Shown here piece after piece: positions 60,329 to 64,000 of a stretch of DNA of 64,000 nucleotides; within the stretch, counting starts at the first letter, position 1; each line of letters begins with the position of its first letter. The DNA is taken from assembly GCA_048882045.1 (NCBI GenBank), contig JBHLRZ010000007.1:49935-113934 (forward strand), given 5' to 3'. The notes below the pieces were generated by a model. It was not told where the DNA came from and searched no databases. It was given only the letters and a program-made list of their open reading frames with translations. This DNA comes from Candidatus Thorarchaeota archaeon. Its GTDB lineage: Archaea > Asgardarchaeota > Thorarchaeia > Thorarchaeales > Thorarchaeaceae. The position numbers and the translations under genes are program-made.

Positions 60329-61728
60329 CGAACCAGACAAGATTTTGTCAGATACCTCAAGGTTCCCAGAAGCATCTAGGCCAACATTTGAGACTTAGAA
60401 CCATCGCGGCTGTGAGTCTAACACTCATGTTGACAACAACCGGTCTAGTGTATTATTTGATGCCAAAATCAATTGCGTATTTTCCATATGAGGAACCTAT
60501 TATACGCACTCCACACGCCACCATAACGATTGATGGGGATGCCAACTTCTCAAATAGGGCTCTGCTAGAAGGATGGCCTGGTGATGGTTCTCCTGAGCAC
60601 CCATTTGTGATTGACGGATTTGAGATTAACAAAGGTGGAGAGACGGGACCCTGTGTATGGATTCGCAATACACGAGTCAGCTTTACAATCAGCAATTGTA
60701 ATATCACTGGAGCTAGTTCAGCATCTGGTTGGCTAAACTTTACTTTTAGCCATTGGGGAGGCGGAATTATTCTAGAGAATGTCACCAATGGTGAGTTAGT
60801 TAACAACACTTGCAACAGCAACAATGAATGGGGTATCCTCCTCTTTAACTCAAAATCCATTACTGTGTCCAACAACATCTGCAATAACAATAAGTATGGT
60901 ATCATCCTCTACGCATATTATGAGTACAACGTGTTCAACACGGTAATCAATAACAGATGCTTCAACAACACCGAATTTGGTATCTTTCTCTCAGTCGGAT
61001 TTTCAGGCTTCCAATGCAACAACACCATATTCAACAACACATGCACCCTCAATGGCAAATCTGGCATCCACCTCAACTACCTCTCGTATTACAACACCGT
61101 AGCGAACAACACCTGTAACAGTAATGGGATCAATGGTATCTCCCTTGAGAGTTCGTATCTCAACACCATAGCGAACAACACCTGTAACAGTAATGGATCC
61201 AATGGTATCGCCCTTGAGAACTCAGATTCCAACATTGTGGCGAACAACACATGTAACAGTAATGAGTTTCGTGGCATTGATCTCTATAGGTCAGATTCCA
61301 ACACTGTGTTTGACAACATATGTAACAGCAATACAGGGGGTATTTACCTCGGAAGGTCGAGTTCCAACATCATAATGAATAACATCTGCAACAACAATGA
61401 GTTCCATGGCATTCTCACCTATGATTCAGATTCCAACACCATAACGAACAACATCTGCCTTAACAACGCCGCAACAACCGAAACGCCAATCCCCACAACA
61501 ACCACAACACCAACCCCCACAACTCCAACCACAACAGCCACCATATCGCCAATGACCACTTCTCCAATTCTTCCGTATATCGGGTTTATAGATATCATAT
61601 TACTCGGCGTTGCGTGGAAATTGCTGTCAGAAAGAAGAGGATTCAACGAATCCTCAACAAGATCAATGATTCAGTTGGGGAAGCGATTGAGAGAGATGAT
61701 GAATACTGAATTGGAGGAGAGAGTATGA
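60313..61728 (+). CDS. Membrane-anchored parallel beta-helix (NosD/CASH) protein
   Basis: N-terminal TM after a short Cys-containing tail, GWPGDGS, about 10 NNxC..N..GI repeats, PT linker, C-terminal TM. Confidence 0.85.
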   Translation: MGQDVTNQTRFCQIPQGSQKHLGQHLRLRTIAAVSLTLMLTTTGLVYYLMPKSIAYFPYEEPIIRTPHATITIDGDANFSNRALLEGWPGDGSPEHPFVIDGFEINKGGETGPCVWIRNTRVSFTISNCNITGASSASGWLNFTFSHWGGGIILENVTNGELVNNTCNSNNEWGILLFNSKSITVSNNICNNNKYGIILYAYYEYNVFNTVINNRCFNNTEFGIFLSVGFSGFQCNNTIFNNTCTLNGKSGIHLNYLSYYNTVANNTCNSNGINGISLESSYLNTIANNTCNSNGSNGIALENSDSNIVANNTCNSNEFRGIDLYRSDSNTVFDNICNSNTGGIYLGRSSSNIIMNNICNNNEFHGILTYDSDSNTITNNICLNNAATTETPIPTTTTTPTPTTPTTTATISPMTTSPILPYIGFIDIILLGVAWKLLSERRGFNESSTRSMIQLGKRLREMMNTELEERV

Positions 61729-62882
61729 TTAAAAAGAAGATGAGTTTTCTCACACTAACATTCGTTCTGTGTTTAATACTTCCAGCTATTTTCGTAGCGC
61801 CTGAAACAAGCCACACGAGAACCATGGAAGATATCATTGGCAATCAGGATGCTTTCGCGATCAGTCAGGAGGTAGTGTGGTCAGATGACTTTGATCATGG
61901 AAACATCACTGAAAGTGGATGGAGTGTCCAAGGATTCAGTCCAGCTTATCCTCCATGGACGAAGATCCCTGGGAACATCACAGCTGATGACAAAACACTG
62001 CGTGCTTATGGTCCGTACTGGAATGAAGCATGGCGGACAAGTAACGTGGCTTACGGCTCGTGGGCTTTTGATGTCCACTGTGTAGACACTCCAACTAGAC
62101 GTAGTTATATTGCATTTGTATCTGCAAGTCCCGTGGTGGATCCTCCGAATATTTATTCAATGCCATTCGAGTATGGTATCATCACAGTTGTGGGTTATTA
62201 TGAGGGTTATACTAGTGCATTCCTCCTGTACCGTAGACCCTCAACGACTCCGTATTTATCTGTAATAGGAGATTATGATGTGGCAGACGTTACTGGATGG
62301 TGGCATATCAATATCACTCGAGATTATAATGGCAACTTCAATGTCTATTTTAATGACACTTTGAGAATCACAGCCAATAATTCGGATCACACAACAAGCG
62401 ACCTGTTCACATTCACTGCTGAAGCTGGAAATGCACTCGACAACATAGTTGTTGTTTCCTATCCAGATGTTTATGGTCCAAATATTACTAATCCTGTTCG
62501 GACTCCCTATGCACCAAACTCCACTGAGTCTGTGTTAGTGAATGTCGACGTATTTGATCCTTCAGGCGTTGACGCGGTCATACTCTCATACCACCATGGC
62601 ACAACTTGGATTAATATCACGATGAACTCGACTGGATCTGATTATGAGGGTACTATCCCTGCACTTCCTAATGGGACAGATGTACAGTACCGGTTCTATG
62701 CTAATGATACCATTGGCAACTGGGCTGATTATGAACCAGATAGCTACACTGTAGAAGACCTCCCAGGCCCAACGCCTACAACCCCACGCACAAGTTCAGT
62801 TCCATTGGATCCAATCTTTATTGGAGGGGGAATCGCACTAGTTTTGATCGTCTTAGTTGTGGTGTTTGTCAAACGTCGCTAG
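61725..62882 (+). CDS. Surface protein, LamG/lectin-like plus Ig-like domain, TM plus KRR
   Basis: VWSDDF, GSWAFD, GWWHINITR, LDNIVV, D.SGV..VILSY..YRFYANDTIGN, TM-VKRR. Confidence 0.75.
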   Translation: MIKKKMSFLTLTFVLCLILPAIFVAPETSHTRTMEDIIGNQDAFAISQEVVWSDDFDHGNITESGWSVQGFSPAYPPWTKIPGNITADDKTLRAYGPYWNEAWRTSNVAYGSWAFDVHCVDTPTRRSYIAFVSASPVVDPPNIYSMPFEYGIITVVGYYEGYTSAFLLYRRPSTTPYLSVIGDYDVADVTGWWHINITRDYNGNFNVYFNDTLRITANNSDHTTSDLFTFTAEAGNALDNIVVVSYPDVYGPNITNPVRTPYAPNSTESVLVNVDVFDPSGVDAVILSYHHGTTWINITMNSTGSDYEGTIPALPNGTDVQYRFYANDTIGNWADYEPDSYTVEDLPGPTPTTPRTSSVPLDPIFIGGGIALVLIVLVVVFVKRR

Positions 62883-62966
62883 TAAAATAAAAAAGTGGAG
62901 AGCCTCTCGAAACCCTCTCCTATTTCTTAGCGTATGCCAACTAAAGCAGAACTTATAACGAAGTAG

Positions 62967-63007
62967 TTAAAGAGTTTAGGTTAATTCTGTTAAGGTATTC
63001 GCGTTAA
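62967..63007. promoter_or_regulatory. Operator TTAA-N10-TTAA-N5-TTAA-N10-TTAA upstream of regulator 2
   Basis: TTAA at 62967, 62981, 62990, 63004. Confidence 0.65.
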
Positions 63008-63024
63008 CTCAGAAGGCGTGAAAT

Positions 63025-63495
63025 ATGTTCAGATACCTTCGATATCCAACAAAACAACAGGGGCTCATCTGGCTCAGGCGGCGTCAGAGGGAGAGACCTT
63101 CAGACATCGCCAAGGAGTTGAAGGTATCACGACCATTTGTCACTATGGCACAGAAGACAGCAGAGAATCGGATCCTCAAGCTCCTACAGCATACAGCGTC
63201 AGTCAATCGAGTAGAGATTGAGCATCTCAGTACACGATACGGCATAGCCAAGGGGTACTGCGCTGCCCAAGATGCAGACACCTACATCTTCTATTCTCCA
63301 AAGATCGGTCTTCAGATCTGGTACGAACACGAGCGTGATTGTGGTACATGCGGTACTGAGGACCAATGCACTAAGACACTTCGAACACTGGCAGAGGAAT
63401 GGGAGATCCCTCTTCCGGACTACAGACCTCCAACAGAACTCGGTATTTATCTCGTTGACATAATTGGGAGGCGGATGAAGTGGAATCGAACTTAG
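63025..63495 (+). CDS. HTH regulator with C-terminal His/Cys metal site, copy 2
   Basis: LRYPTKQQ.LIWLRRRQ, WYEHERDCGTC....C; same length as copy 1. Confidence 0.75.
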   Translation: MFRYLRYPTKQQGLIWLRRRQRERPSDIAKELKVSRPFVTMAQKTAENRILKLLQHTASVNRVEIEHLSTRYGIAKGYCAAQDADTYIFYSPKIGLQIWYEHERDCGTCGTEDQCTKTLRTLAEEWEIPLPDYRPPTELGIYLVDIIGRRMKWNRT

Positions 63496-64000
63496 AAAAC
63501 AAGTCAAGAATCTGTCCTGTTCCGCCAAGGTCCAGGATGGGTCTGAATCTAGGTTTGAGACCTAAACCTATCTTCATGGCTGTGAGTCTTGCACTCATCT
63601 TGACAATGTGGATACGTATACCACTAGTAATTATGGCTCCACCACTCATTTCACACGACCCCATAACGATTGATGGGAATGCCAACTTTTTGAACACAGC
63701 TCTGCTAGAGGGATGGCCTGGTGATGGTTCTCCTGAGAACCCGTTCATAATTGACAGGTTGGAAATTGACCTTGGTGGAGCACACGATCGATGCATAAGT
63801 ATCAGCAATACGCGAGTAAGCTTCATAATAAGCAACTGCAATCTCACTGGTGCTTATTATGGAATCAGCCTAGAGAATGTCACAAACGCCAAGCTTGTCA
63901 ACAATACCTGCTCCAGCAATACCATAGTTGGTATTGAACTCCGTGACTCATATCTAAACACCATAGTCAATAACATCTGCAGCAATAACAACTGGGTTGG
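63480..64000 (+). CDS. Membrane-anchored parallel beta-helix protein, copy 2 (runs off the window; not in ORF track)
   Basis: Open frame from GTG 63480 (or ATG 63537): ...RICPVPP...TM...HDPITIDGNANF...[13 protein letters not shown]...NNTC; paralog of 60313-61728. Confidence 0.8.
   Translation, partial: MESNLENKSRICPVPPRSRMGLNLGLRPKPIFMAVSLALILTMWIRIPLVIMAPPLISHDPITIDGNANFLNTALLEGWPGDGSPENPFIIDRLEIDLGGAHDRCISISNTRVSFIISNCNLTGAYYGISLENVTNAKLVNNTCSSNTIVGIELRDSYLNTIVNNICSNNNWV

Noticed and set aside
60780-61470. AAC-rich repeats suggestive of a diversity-generating retroelement template
   Set aside because: Explained by Asn-rich beta-helix coils; no reverse transcriptase or adenine-specific TR/VR pair seen
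1-64000. tRNA, rRNA, transposase or integrase
   Set aside because: No convincing signatures by eye; tRNAscan-SE/Infernal would be needed to exclude small RNAs

Overview
Gene-dense, roughly 40-45% GC (by eye) archaeal window, most likely from an Asgard archaeon and probably Thorarchaeia. This is inferred from two Rab-like small GTPases without prenylation tails, an Asgard-type small Zn-finger, 'GWPGDGS..NP' beta-helix surface proteins and crenarchaeal-type single-OB SSBs. No rRNA, tRNA, CRISPR array or transposase was seen. The strongest signal is an AT-rich metal island (~8.8-18.4 kb). It encodes CopA, a PadR-TRASH regulator, three tiny YHS/TRASH proteins (two missing from the ORF track), a LonC-type protease, a NIF3/DUF34 protein, a GG-terminal ubiquitin-like protein and an FTR1 permease. 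Every putative promoter in the island carries arrays of the palindrome GATATATC in 14-bp phase, suggesting one metal-responsive regulon that couples export to proteolysis and Ubl chemistry. Other notable items: tandem effector-less STAND-TPR (NLR-like) genes with flanking relics; duplicated SSBs with Gly/Tyr/Arg tails and a conserved, probably structured 5' leader; a 2650-aa secreted mosaic protein; a mirror-ordered serine hydrolase/membrane protein operon; and a repeated HTH-Zn regulator + membrane beta-helix + lectin-like cassette with a conserved TTAA operator. All family calls come from motif recognition by eye, not from database searches.
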